Of a DNA stretch of 36,316 nt, positions 1-8,186 are shown piece after piece. The notes under the pieces were generated by a model. The model saw only the letters and a program-made list of their open reading frames with translations. It made no database searches and was not told the DNA's origin. How positions within the stretch are numbered: position 1 is the first letter of the stretch; each line of letters begins with the position of its first letter. The stretch is from Polyangiales bacterium (GTDB lineage Bacteria > Myxococcota_A > Polyangia > Polyangiales > Houyiibacteriaceae), in contig JBGCFM010000269.1 in assembly GCA_045106895.1 (NCBI GenBank), forward strand, positions 1 to 36,316, written 5' to 3'. The position numbers and the translations under genes were made by a program.

Positions 1-1023
1 ACGCACATAGGCGACACCATGCCGTCCGTCCGTGACCGACTCGATGATTGCGAGGAAATGCTCGCTGACAGCCTTGAAGGAACGCGACGTGTGGCGTCCA
101 TCGTGAAGGGTCTCCGCTCCTTTGCTCGCATCGAGAGCAACGAGCTTGAGGTCGTCGACTTCAACGACCTCGTGCGCTTGGCATGCCGAATGGCCACCAA
201 CGAGATTCGCCACCGCGCTTCCCTCGTAACGGACCTCGGCGCCCTGCCTCCCATCGCCGCGCATCGCGCGCAGCTCTCCCAGGTGGTTTTGAACCTGCTC
301 ATCAACGCGGCCCAGGCCATCCCCGCCGGCGCGGTGTCCAAGAATCAGATTCGCCTTTCGACGTCCTGCGAGGACGACGAGATCGTCCTGAAAGTTGAGG
401 ACTCCGGAAAAGGCATCGCCTCCCACGTACTTCCAAATGTCTTCGACCCCTTCTTTACGACCAAAGAGAGAGATGTGGGAACGGGCCTCGGTCTCGCTAT
501 CTGTGCGGAGACGGTCCGGAAGCACCGAGGTATGATCTCCGTGGAGAGCACCGAGGGTCAGGGGTCCTGTTTCACCGTCACGTTGCCCACGAAGACCGAC
601 CTCCAGCCTTCTCGCAGGCCGCCCAAGGCCAACTCGGAACCGGGAGTGAACCTGGACCGAGCACGTGTGCTTCTCGTCGACGACGACGCGATGGTGCGGC
701 GAGCTTTCCTGCGCATTCTTGGCCGTAAGCACGACACCGTAGAGGCGCAGAGTGGTGAAGAGGCTCTCGAACATTTGGCGAGCGGTGAGCCCTTCGACAT
801 CATCCTTTGTGATCTCATGATGCCCGGGCTTGACGGCCCCGCCCTCTACGAAGCGGCGACGGAGCTGGACCCCGAGTTTGGGAACCTCTTCGTATTTGTC
901 AGCGGTGGCGCGTTCTCGCCCAGCACGCGGAGCTTCCTCGAACGAATGCAGCCGCTTGTCCTAGAGAAGCCCGTGTCTCGCGAAGTGCTCCTGGGGATCG
1001 TCGCCCGCTCCCGTCGACGTTAG
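1..1023 (+). CDS. Hybrid sensor histidine kinase/response regulator (5'-truncated by window edge)
   Basis: Frame is open from position 1. HATPase boxes QVVLNLLINAAQA, VEDSGKGI, FDPFFTTK, GTGLGLAI; C-terminal receiver VLLVDDD...ILCDLMMP...LEKP. The H-box lies upstream of the window. Confidence 0.93.
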   Translation, partial: THIGDTMPSVRDRLDDCEEMLADSLEGTRRVASIVKGLRSFARIESNELEVVDFNDLVRLACRMATNEIRHRASLVTDLGALPPIAAHRAQLSQVVLNLLINAAQAIPAGAVSKNQIRLSTSCEDDEIVLKVEDSGKGIASHVLPNVFDPFFTTKERDVGTGLGLAICAETVRKHRGMISVESTEGQGSCFTVTLPTKTDLQPSRRPPKANSEPGVNLDRARVLLVDDDAMVRRAFLRILGRKHDTVEAQSGEEALEHLASGEPFDIILCDLMMPGLDGPALYEAATELDPEFGNLFVFVSGGAFSPSTRSFLERMQPLVLEKPVSREVLLGIVARSRRR

Positions 1024-1037
1024 AGCGCATCTCATGA

Positions 1038-1829
1038 CTACGTCGGTCGCGACGCGCGGTTCATTGCGTAGGTTCGGCCCTTCACGTTCTCGAAGTGCTC
1101 GGAGCGCACGTTTGTGAAGCCGACTTCCTCAAGCAAGGGGGTTAGGTGAAACCAGTCCCAATGATAGACGTGCCGCATCGTCAGGTAATGCGTTGAGTGG
1201 GTCTCGCCCTCGCGAAGCTCGTAGGTGTGTTCCTCGTCGATGCATCCTTCGCCGCGCTCTGCCGTGAGCGACAGACGAAGAGACGTTGAGTCCCCTTCGT
1301 AGTGCCATGCTTCGCGTGGGGCGGACATGTCCGCCCAATCCGACTCCAGCTGTCGTGCACCCACGTCGCGGCCAGGCTTGGACTTGTCCGCGTAGAAGTA
1401 CACGAGGCTGCCGCCCGGCTTGAGAGCTTCGAGGAGGCCCCGAGCGACCCTTCGCATCTCGCTCTCTTCGTACACCCAGTGAATCGCATCATTGAAGATG
1501 AGGTCGTAACGTCCCGGCCGCTGCAGCTCGGCCCATTCGCCGCGGAAGACGGGGACATCTTCAATGCCCGCGGCAGCGAGGGCCGCTTTGGTAGCCGTGA
1601 GGGCGACGTCGCTTGTATCGCACGCTTCAACCTGAAAACCCTGCTCAGCCAAGTTGACCGTGTGGTCGCCTAGCCCCGCCGTGGAATCGAGGAGCAGCGG
1701 ACGTCCGGGGTAGAGAGACTTGAGCGCTCTCTGACTGTCGGACTTCCAACGTCGAGCGTCGAGGGGGTCGAAGTCTCGGCGAATCTGCTCGAATCGCCAA
1801 AAGGCGTCCCAGTCCGTTCGCTCTCTCAT
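1038..1829 (-). CDS. Class I SAM-dependent methyltransferase
   Basis: Motif I LLDSTAGLGDH, post-I VEACDTS, motif II YDLIFND, LKPGG. Start set at ATG 1829, which overlaps the upstream stop (ATGA). Confidence 0.85.
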   Translation of the reverse strand: MRERTDWDAFWRFEQIRRDFDPLDARRWKSDSQRALKSLYPGRPLLLDSTAGLGDHTVNLAEQGFQVEACDTSDVALTATKAALAAAGIEDVPVFRGEWAELQRPGRYDLIFNDAIHWVYEESEMRRVARGLLEALKPGGSLVYFYADKSKPGRDVGARQLESDWADMSAPREAWHYEGDSTSLRLSLTAERGEGCIDEEHTYELREGETHSTHYLTMRHVYHWDWFHLTPLLEEVGFTNVRSEHFENVKGRTYAMNRASRPT

Positions 1830-2806
1830 CTCCCGATGACGCCGAGCGTGTGTGCGACTTCCTTGGCGAGGGCCGTGGCCGGGCGCCGTGGGGCGTTCTT
1901 GTCGTAGAGGTCTCCTTCGAGCTGCCAAAGAAACGCCGCGCTGTAGTCGAGTCGGTCGGCGTTGTGGATGTAGTGACAGAGCTCCATCGGATCGGCGGTG
2001 GAACCGTCCTCTTGAGCTTCCTTCGGGATGCCGAGTTCGCCGCCGATGAGAGGCAGCGCTGTGTCTCGGAGCGCATCATCTTCGACGTAGTCGGCGAGCT
2101 CGTCGCGGGAAGGTAGGCCGCCATGAGGGTGATAGACGTGGACGTCGATGGCGTTGAGCGCAGCGCCCGCGCGCCAAAGCTGTGGCAAGAACTGATGCAT
2201 GGTGCCGGCGGTGATGAACATCTCGCGCTCGGAGCGGGCTGCTTCGCCGGCGATGCGAATTGCGCGTCCGATGTCGGACCACTCGATGGGCTCCAGCTTC
2301 GAATCTTTCATGCAGGACGCTGCCGAGGTCTCGGGCTCGTTCACGATCTCAAGGGCGAGAGTGACCTCAGAGTCGAGGAGCTTCGCGATGGGCGCTACGA
2401 CGTGCTCGGCGAATCGCTTGCTTTGGTCGGCGTCCGTCAGAATAGAACGCGTGAAGGGGTCTTCTTCCCTTGGCCACGCGTTTCCATCGAGGAGCGACGG
2501 GTAGAGCTTGATGCCGTTGAGGTGTGCGGCTTCTTGGAACACCTGAATGGCGTCGAGGAGCTCCTGATGCACGCCGACGACGTTGCCGTCTTCAACGAGG
2601 ATCCCCTCGGCGTTCTCACACAGCCAGATGCGTACGGCACCCAGGCCAAGTCGCTGCGCTTCGATGAGGACGCGATAGGCGTCCATGGGGTCAAACTCCG
2701 CAGGCCAATCCGGAAAGCGTGGATTGGGTGCAAGGTCGTGTCCGTAGCTACCGCGGAGGTAGCAGGCGTTGACTCCGAAGAGAGCCTTGGGGGATGTGGT
2801 CGTCAC
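1826..2806 (-). CDS. Clan GH-A (GH5/GH2-like) glycoside hydrolase, no signal peptide
   Basis: FGVN, AVRIWL, acid/base motif EIVNEPE, DVHVY, nucleophile region IGGELG, AFLWQ. Confidence 0.8.
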   Translation of the reverse strand: MTTTSPKALFGVNACYLRGSYGHDLAPNPRFPDWPAEFDPMDAYRVLIEAQRLGLGAVRIWLCENAEGILVEDGNVVGVHQELLDAIQVFQEAAHLNGIKLYPSLLDGNAWPREEDPFTRSILTDADQSKRFAEHVVAPIAKLLDSEVTLALEIVNEPETSAASCMKDSKLEPIEWSDIGRAIRIAGEAARSEREMFITAGTMHQFLPQLWRAGAALNAIDVHVYHPHGGLPSRDELADYVEDDALRDTALPLIGGELGIPKEAQEDGSTADPMELCHYIHNADRLDYSAAFLWQLEGDLYDKNAPRRPATALAKEVAHTLGVIGR

Positions 2807-2820
2807 AGAGTTTCTCGCGG

Positions 2821-2861
2821 GTGCTCAGGGGGCAGTGCTCAGTGCTCAGAATCAGCACTCA
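2821..2861. repeat. Short GTGCTCA heptamer repeats with an inverted copy (small hairpin) in the intergenic spacer
   Basis: GTGCTCA at 2821, 2835 and 2842. AGTGCT (2841-2846) pairs with AGCACT (2854-2859). Confidence 0.6.
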
Positions 2862-4034
2862 GATTTCGAGCACGTTGATCGTGTTGCCAGCGGTAGCGCC
2901 GGCCATGGCACGGCGCTTTTTCGGCGTGCGTAGAGCGACAAGTCCATGTTCAACGTTCGCGCCCGCAAGCGCGCTCGCGACCATTCCCTTGTTCCACTCT
3001 TCATCCCATGCGTAGTTGAATCCGTTGCAGGCCACACATTTCTTCTCGAGACCCTCGCGCACGATCTCACGGGCGAGGTCGCTCTTGAGCGCAGTGACCA
3101 GCGAGTCTTCAGCGATGTTTCGGCCTTGATGCCAACAGAGGTAAAAGCCGTGGTCCGAGAAGCCGATGAACTTCTGGGGGATCTTGCAGCCGTTAATCGG
3201 GCGGTAGCGCATGTCTTTGCGCGCGTACATCTCGAAGTGTTCGAGGAGCAGCTCCTTTTCGCTGAACCACGTATGCGTCTCGTGGCAGGCCTTCTCGATT
3301 CGAACGAGCTGCTCAAACGCGAGCTTCTCTTGCTCGGCGCTCATCTGCATGTGGGCCGTGTCAGGCACGACCTCGACGTGACTGAAACCGCAGTAGGCGT
3401 ACTTCGCTCCGCCGATCTCCTGGATGACCTTGAAGCTGTCGTAGAGAACATCGTGGTTGTCCGCCTGCATGACGGTGTTGGTGCCCCACTGAATGTCGCT
3501 CTTTTCGGCGAGCAAACGCAGCGTCTTGAGAGAGCGCTGGTAGGTGCCCTTGCGCTGACGGATGTGGTCGTGGGCGGCTTCGGTTCCGTCGATGCTGATG
3601 GTGAGGCAGTCGAGGTTGCTCAAAAGCTCCAGGTGCTTCTCACGGATGAGCGTGCCGTTGCTCACCATTTGAACTTTGACGCCGACGGAGAACGCGTGCT
3701 CAAGGATCTCGAGGATGTCCGGGTGCACGAAAGGCTCGCCACCAGAGAAGCTAACGGTCTCCACGCCAACGAGGGCAGCTTCAGCGACGGCGCGTTTGCA
3801 GTTCTCTTTCTTCATGAAGATGGCTTCGCTTGGGCGACGGCACATCTGGCAGGTGAGGTTGCAGTATTCGCTGAGCGCGATGTCCATGCGCTCGTAGTTT
3901 GTGAAGAGGACTTCTCCGTTGCAGTTGGTGCAGGTCTCCGTCTCGATGGCTTCGGCGCCCGTCATCGTATGGGTCGCGTCGGTGCCGCACGCTGGGCATG
4001 CGCGGGTCTTGGTTTTCGTCGTCGAGTCGCTCAC
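2859..4034 (-). CDS. Radical SAM/SPASM(twitch) protein with N-terminal zinc-ribbon-like CxxC...CxxC
   Basis: CNLTCQMC, SGGEPF, SNGTLI, ISIDG..HD.IR; C-terminal CKIP...C...CVAC; N-terminal CPAC and CTNC. GTG start overlaps the upstream TGA. Confidence 0.9.
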   Translation of the reverse strand: MSDSTTKTKTRACPACGTDATHTMTGAEAIETETCTNCNGEVLFTNYERMDIALSEYCNLTCQMCRRPSEAIFMKKENCKRAVAEAALVGVETVSFSGGEPFVHPDILEILEHAFSVGVKVQMVSNGTLIREKHLELLSNLDCLTISIDGTEAAHDHIRQRKGTYQRSLKTLRLLAEKSDIQWGTNTVMQADNHDVLYDSFKVIQEIGGAKYAYCGFSHVEVVPDTAHMQMSAEQEKLAFEQLVRIEKACHETHTWFSEKELLLEHFEMYARKDMRYRPINGCKIPQKFIGFSDHGFYLCWHQGRNIAEDSLVTALKSDLAREIVREGLEKKCVACNGFNYAWDEEWNKGMVASALAGANVEHGLVALRTPKKRRAMAGATAGNTINVLEI

Positions 4035-5086
4035 TTCATCGCCTCCAGGAGAACCTTCGCGGCAGGCGCGTACGTGACCTCGGCGCCGGGGATGGCTTCG
4101 TCGAAGGCTTCGACGTCAGAGCATGCAGCGAGGCAACCCGGACAGCGCTCGGTGAGCGCAAGGGTCTGAAGCTGCTTGTGGTGCGTGGAGTGCCAGATGT
4201 CGGTGATGCGGTCTTCTTTGACGTTGCCCATGCGGTCGTTCTCACCTCGCATGAAGAAGCATGGATAGATGTCGCCGCGGAAATCCACGAGGAGGAACTT
4301 GCTTGGCAAGAAGCAGCCACCCGGCGGAATGGGGCGCTTTCCGTAGGCGAGGTAGTCCGGGATCACACCGAAGAGCGACTCGGTGAAGATCTCGATGCCG
4401 AGCTTCTTCGCGTGGGCGTTCAAGCGCTCGAGGTGACCGACGATTTCCGCGCGCGGCGTTCGCATCAGGGAGAAGCGCGAGATGTCTTTCTCCGGTCCGC
4501 TAATCTCCGTCTGGAAGGGCTGAAAGCTTACCTCTTTGAGGCCGAGCTCGGCGGCCAACGTCACGAGCGCCTGAAGGTGCGGAATCGTCTCTTTCATGAT
4601 GACGCCGGAGAGGCCGATGTCGATTCCGCGATCGACGGCCTTGCGGACGAACTCAACGCTCTTGGCGTAGTTGCCTTCGCCCCGAAGCTCGTCGTGAATG
4701 TCGGGGGGGCCATCGATGCTGATGTGAAGCGCAACGGATGGCATCTTTGCGAGGCGATCGAGGTTGGCGTCGGTGATCATCGTGCCGTTCGTCACGATGT
4801 CTTGCTTCGTGTAGCCGAGCTCATGCGCGAACTCGACGATCTCCATGAAGTCCTTCCGCATGAAGCTCTCAGCGCCGCAGGGCGTGAAGTGGCGAGCGCC
4901 TAGCTCGTATGCGTCGCGAAGCAGTTCCTTGGCTTTGGCGTTGTCCGGGCCATGCTCACGCAGCTCCCAGACGCTGCACATCTTGCACTTGAGGTTGCAA
5001 TGGACGGTCAACTCGATGGCGATCTCATCGAGAGGTCGAGTGAGTGCATTTTTGGGAGTCAGCGGCCGGAAGATGTCTAGGTTCAT
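4031..5086 (-). CDS. Radical SAM/SPASM(twitch) protein
   Basis: CNLKCKMC, TNGTMI, ISIDGPPDIHDELRG; SPASM-like CFLP...GDIYPC...GNV...IW...CPGCLAAC. Start set at ATG 5086 (MNLDIF). Confidence 0.92.
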   Translation of the reverse strand: MNLDIFRPLTPKNALTRPLDEIAIELTVHCNLKCKMCSVWELREHGPDNAKAKELLRDAYELGARHFTPCGAESFMRKDFMEIVEFAHELGYTKQDIVTNGTMITDANLDRLAKMPSVALHISIDGPPDIHDELRGEGNYAKSVEFVRKAVDRGIDIGLSGVIMKETIPHLQALVTLAAELGLKEVSFQPFQTEISGPEKDISRFSLMRTPRAEIVGHLERLNAHAKKLGIEIFTESLFGVIPDYLAYGKRPIPPGGCFLPSKFLLVDFRGDIYPCFFMRGENDRMGNVKEDRITDIWHSTHHKQLQTLALTERCPGCLAACSDVEAFDEAIPGAEVTYAPAAKVLLEAMK

Positions 5087-5109
5087 AGTGCGCGTTTCTT
5101 GGGGCAGAG

Positions 5110-6036
5110 CTAGGTGCGTGCCTGGGCATGTTCTGGAGGCGAAGGTTGCCCGAGCTGTCGTCGGCATCGCTCAATCACGTATTCGACGTCGTTCTCGTAG
5201 CCATTCTTCACCCAGTGGCCTTCGGGGCTCTCAACGTACCAACGAAGCTCATTCCGAGCAATGCGTGCGAGATCCGTGTCGGCTGGGTATTTGTCCATGA
5301 AGTACACGAAATTCAGGACATAAGAGTCATACGTCGGCGGTAGTTCGAGGACCTCGCAACGAAACGGATCCCGTGGCGCCGGGTCGTCGATGTGAAGTAC
5401 CGGGGCGCCCTTGAGTTCGAAGATAGGGTAGCCGGCGTGGAAGAGACGGTAGCCGAGCTCGAGGTCTTCGAAACCCCAGCCGTGAAACTCGTCGTCAAAA
5501 CGAAGCTCGGGGCCGCCCAGAGTCACGGAGAAGTTGCATGAGTAGACGAAGGTCCACGGCGCTTCGTGCGCTTCGACGGAGCCCCCGTCGAGGTCGGCGA
5601 TGCGGTCGTCACGTTCCGCCTTGAGAATGTCCTCCGTCGTGGGGACATCCTTGTCGAAGGTGCTCGCGCGATAGCGAAGCCCGAGCGCGCAACACTGCGG
5701 GGCGTCGCGTTCCTCGTGGGCGCGCACGTGTTCGCGGACAAAGGTCGGACTCACGAGCATGTCGTCGTCGACGAAGATCACGACTTCCCCGATGGCACGT
5801 TCGACGCCGAGGTTGCGTGCTTGTCCGGCGCGGAAACCGAGGTCCTCCTGAAACGCGTAGACCAGCGGGAGTCTCTCCGTGTAGGACTCGGCGACGGCGG
5901 CCGTTTCGTCGGACGAGCCATCGTCGCACACAACTACGCGCGCCAAGTGATCGCCCTCTTGATGGGCGAGGCACTCAAGGAGACCGCGCAGTCGCGCGGC
6001 CCGGTTGTAGGTCGGAATTACTACGGTGGCTTTCAA
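5110..6036 (-). CDS. Family 2 glycosyltransferase (GT2 with GT7-C-like C-terminal motif)
   Basis: VVIPTYNR, VVCDDGSSD, FRAGQARNLG, IFVDDD, FDDEFHGWGFEDLELGYRL. TTG at 6036 is preceded by SD-like GAGAGGA; the alternative start is 6099. Confidence 0.9.
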   Translation of the reverse strand: MKATVVIPTYNRAARLRGLLECLAHQEGDHLARVVVCDDGSSDETAAVAESYTERLPLVYAFQEDLGFRAGQARNLGVERAIGEVVIFVDDDMLVSPTFVREHVRAHEERDAPQCCALGLRYRASTFDKDVPTTEDILKAERDDRIADLDGGSVEAHEAPWTFVYSCNFSVTLGGPELRFDDEFHGWGFEDLELGYRLFHAGYPIFELKGAPVLHIDDPAPRDPFRCEVLELPPTYDSYVLNFVYFMDKYPADTDLARIARNELRWYVESPEGHWVKNGYENDVEYVIERCRRQLGQPSPPEHAQART

Positions 6037-6095
6037 CGCCAGTCCTCTCGCTCGGTCATTTACGACGCGACCATGGCACGAAGAGCGCGGAGGCT

Positions 6096-8186
6096 TCAAG
6101 GGCCGGCTGGACCCACAGAAACGGGGGAAAGCGCGCGGATGCGCTCCGTCAGGGCGGGGTCGGTGATCTCGACCTCATCCACGCCAACGCCCTTGGTCTC
6201 AAAGGCCTCGAGGGTCTGGCGGAAGATGTCGGCGGTGGACGGGCTGACGATGATTCGGGCGCGGCATTCAACGCCGGCCGCGAGGAGAGCGTCGAGTCCC
6301 GATTGGACTTGTGCGTCACCCTCCCCGCCGAGGGAGTGAACTTCGCAGGTGACTGAGTCGAGACCCGCGTGCCGGGCGGCGTCCGCGAGGGCTGTGTCCG
6401 CGAAGGGATAGACGAGGCTGCGCATGGCCACCCAGAGCCCGGCGTCCTTCGCGCTCTTCACGACGCGCAAGAATGCCGGATGCTCCGCGGGTGCACCGCC
6501 CAGGAGGTACACGCTCTTGGCTCCCACCTTTCGCGCGTAGGCGATGCGGTCGAGGAGTTCGTGTTCCGGCACGCCGCCGACGACGCGTCGGTGGAGGAGT
6601 GAGTGGCACGGGCCTTCGCGTGTGGCGGAGCCCCCGAACTCAATACCCACGGTGTAGGGGCGCGAGCAGGTTTCCTCGACGTCGAGGATGTTTTGACGAA
6701 CGTACTCGCGCATCACTTCGCCGTCGTGGCGTTCCCCGAGCATCGACAGGTTGCGGAGGTAACCTTCGAAGTCGCTCGCTTCGGGTTTGTCGCGCCGAAA
6801 AGGGTTGTTCGGCGAGGACTCTTGCTCGTCCTCGACATGGTAGCCGAGAGCGTAGCGTGAAAACACGTAAGACGCGCCGGCCTCGTGCAATCGGTATCCA
6901 AGGTCGACGTCTTCAAGGCCCCACCCAACGAAGCCCTTGGCGAAGCCGCCGATGCGCTCGAGCAGCGCCTTCGGGAACGACACATTGCCCGTGTAGCAAA
7001 GGCGCCACGGGTCTTTGAGCCAGTCGACGTTGTCGAGGCAGGTTCGCAACACAGGTTCCCGGGAGCGGTCCGGGATGATGGCGACTTCGTCGAGGTTCGC
7101 GCCGCGCATGCTTTCGATGGAGTGAATGTGGCCCATCGCGTGAAGGTTGTAGCCGCTCAGGTAGCCGAGAATGACGGCGTCTGGCGTGTTCCGGTGAATC
7201 CAGTCGAGGTGCCAGAGGTAGTCTTCGCCCACGATGATGTCTGCGTCTAGGAACGCGAGGACTTCGTGCTTTGCATGGTCGGCGCCGAGCTGCCTGGCTT
7301 GGCCCGCGCGAAAGTTTGTGTCGCCGTGGCGGATGCAGCGCACGTTCTCCGGCATCTCTTCGAAGATCGGAGAGAGGTCGTCGTCGGAGCCATCGTCGAC
7401 GACGATGACCTCGTAGCGTTCCTCAGGGTAGCTCTGCGACGCGAGACGCGTGACGACTTCGCTGAGGATGTGCGCGCGGTTGTAGGCGGGGACGACGACG
7501 CTTATAGACACGGGGGCTGCGGAGTCATCGCTTGCGGAGAGGGACGAGGCGCGCGCGTATCCCTCGCCAGCGACGCGCGGGACCGCGAGCATGTCGCCGT
7601 CCCAGGCGAGCTTCGCCGCCACGCTAAACGCGGAGGCATAGCCCGCGTCTTGAACGGCGGCGCGGGCGAGGGGCGTGACTTCGCCGTAAGGGTACGCGAA
7701 GGTCAGCGGCGTCTCGCCGAGGGCGCGGCGGATGGCGTCTCTGGAGCGCTCGCATTCTTCACGGAGGCGCCGTGCGTGCGCGTCTTGGCCTTCGTCGTAG
7801 ATACGCTGTCCTAAGCGTACGTGGGAGACGCTATGAGAGCCGAGGGTCCATCCGAGATCCCGGAGCGCGCGAAGCTCATCCCAGGTTAAGAACTCCGGCG
7901 AGGTGCCAACGTAGGCCGTGGGAACGAAGAGCGTCGCGGCGACGTCAAGCTCCTGTAGAACAGGAGCTGCGTAGTCCAGCACGGAGCGGTGGGCGTCGTC
8001 GAAGGAGAGGGAAAAGTGAGCGTCGTCGTTTAGCGAAGCGTCGTCTGCGTCCGCGAGGCTGAGCGCTCGACGGCCCGCGTCGCGCTCTGTCTGGACGAGG
8101 TGACGCAGCTCGTCTTGGCTGATGGCCAAGCGCCGGCTCGATTGCCCCTCGCTTACATAGTGCAAGCAGTAGTTCTGGGCGCTCAT
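6096..8186 (-). CDS. Fusion: CE4/NodB polysaccharide deacetylase + GT2 + degenerate radical SAM-like barrel
   Basis: LSFDDAH, GSHSVSH, FAYPYG (CE4); VVVPAYNR, VDDGSDD, FLDAD, GWGLEDVDLGYRL (GT2). The C-terminal ~185 aa carry LLGGAPAEHPAF...AGLDSVTCEVHS but no CxxxCxxC. Confidence 0.85.
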   Translation of the reverse strand: MSAQNYCLHYVSEGQSSRRLAISQDELRHLVQTERDAGRRALSLADADDASLNDDAHFSLSFDDAHRSVLDYAAPVLQELDVAATLFVPTAYVGTSPEFLTWDELRALRDLGWTLGSHSVSHVRLGQRIYDEGQDAHARRLREECERSRDAIRRALGETPLTFAYPYGEVTPLARAAVQDAGYASAFSVAAKLAWDGDMLAVPRVAGEGYARASSLSASDDSAAPVSISVVVPAYNRAHILSEVVTRLASQSYPEERYEVIVVDDGSDDDLSPIFEEMPENVRCIRHGDTNFRAGQARQLGADHAKHEVLAFLDADIIVGEDYLWHLDWIHRNTPDAVILGYLSGYNLHAMGHIHSIESMRGANLDEVAIIPDRSREPVLRTCLDNVDWLKDPWRLCYTGNVSFPKALLERIGGFAKGFVGWGLEDVDLGYRLHEAGASYVFSRYALGYHVEDEQESSPNNPFRRDKPEASDFEGYLRNLSMLGERHDGEVMREYVRQNILDVEETCSRPYTVGIEFGGSATREGPCHSLLHRRVVGGVPEHELLDRIAYARKVGAKSVYLLGGAPAEHPAFLRVVKSAKDAGLWVAMRSLVYPFADTALADAARHAGLDSVTCEVHSLGGEGDAQVQSGLDALLAAGVECRARIIVSPSTADIFRQTLEAFETKGVGVDEVEITDPALTERIRALSPVSVGPAGP

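Noticed and set aside
1830..1928. ORF-track N-terminal extensions (methyltransferase to 1928; similarly rSAM to 5167, GT4 to 13459, FadL to 30468, bpsA from 30399)
   Set aside because: They overlap neighbouring genes, and downstream starts fit coupling, signal peptides or promoter geometry better.
2123..4903. Long plus-strand ORFs (2123-2878, 2946-4169, 3998-4903)
   Set aside because: Antisense shadows of well-supported minus-strand genes, expected from high-GC codon bias; no motifs.
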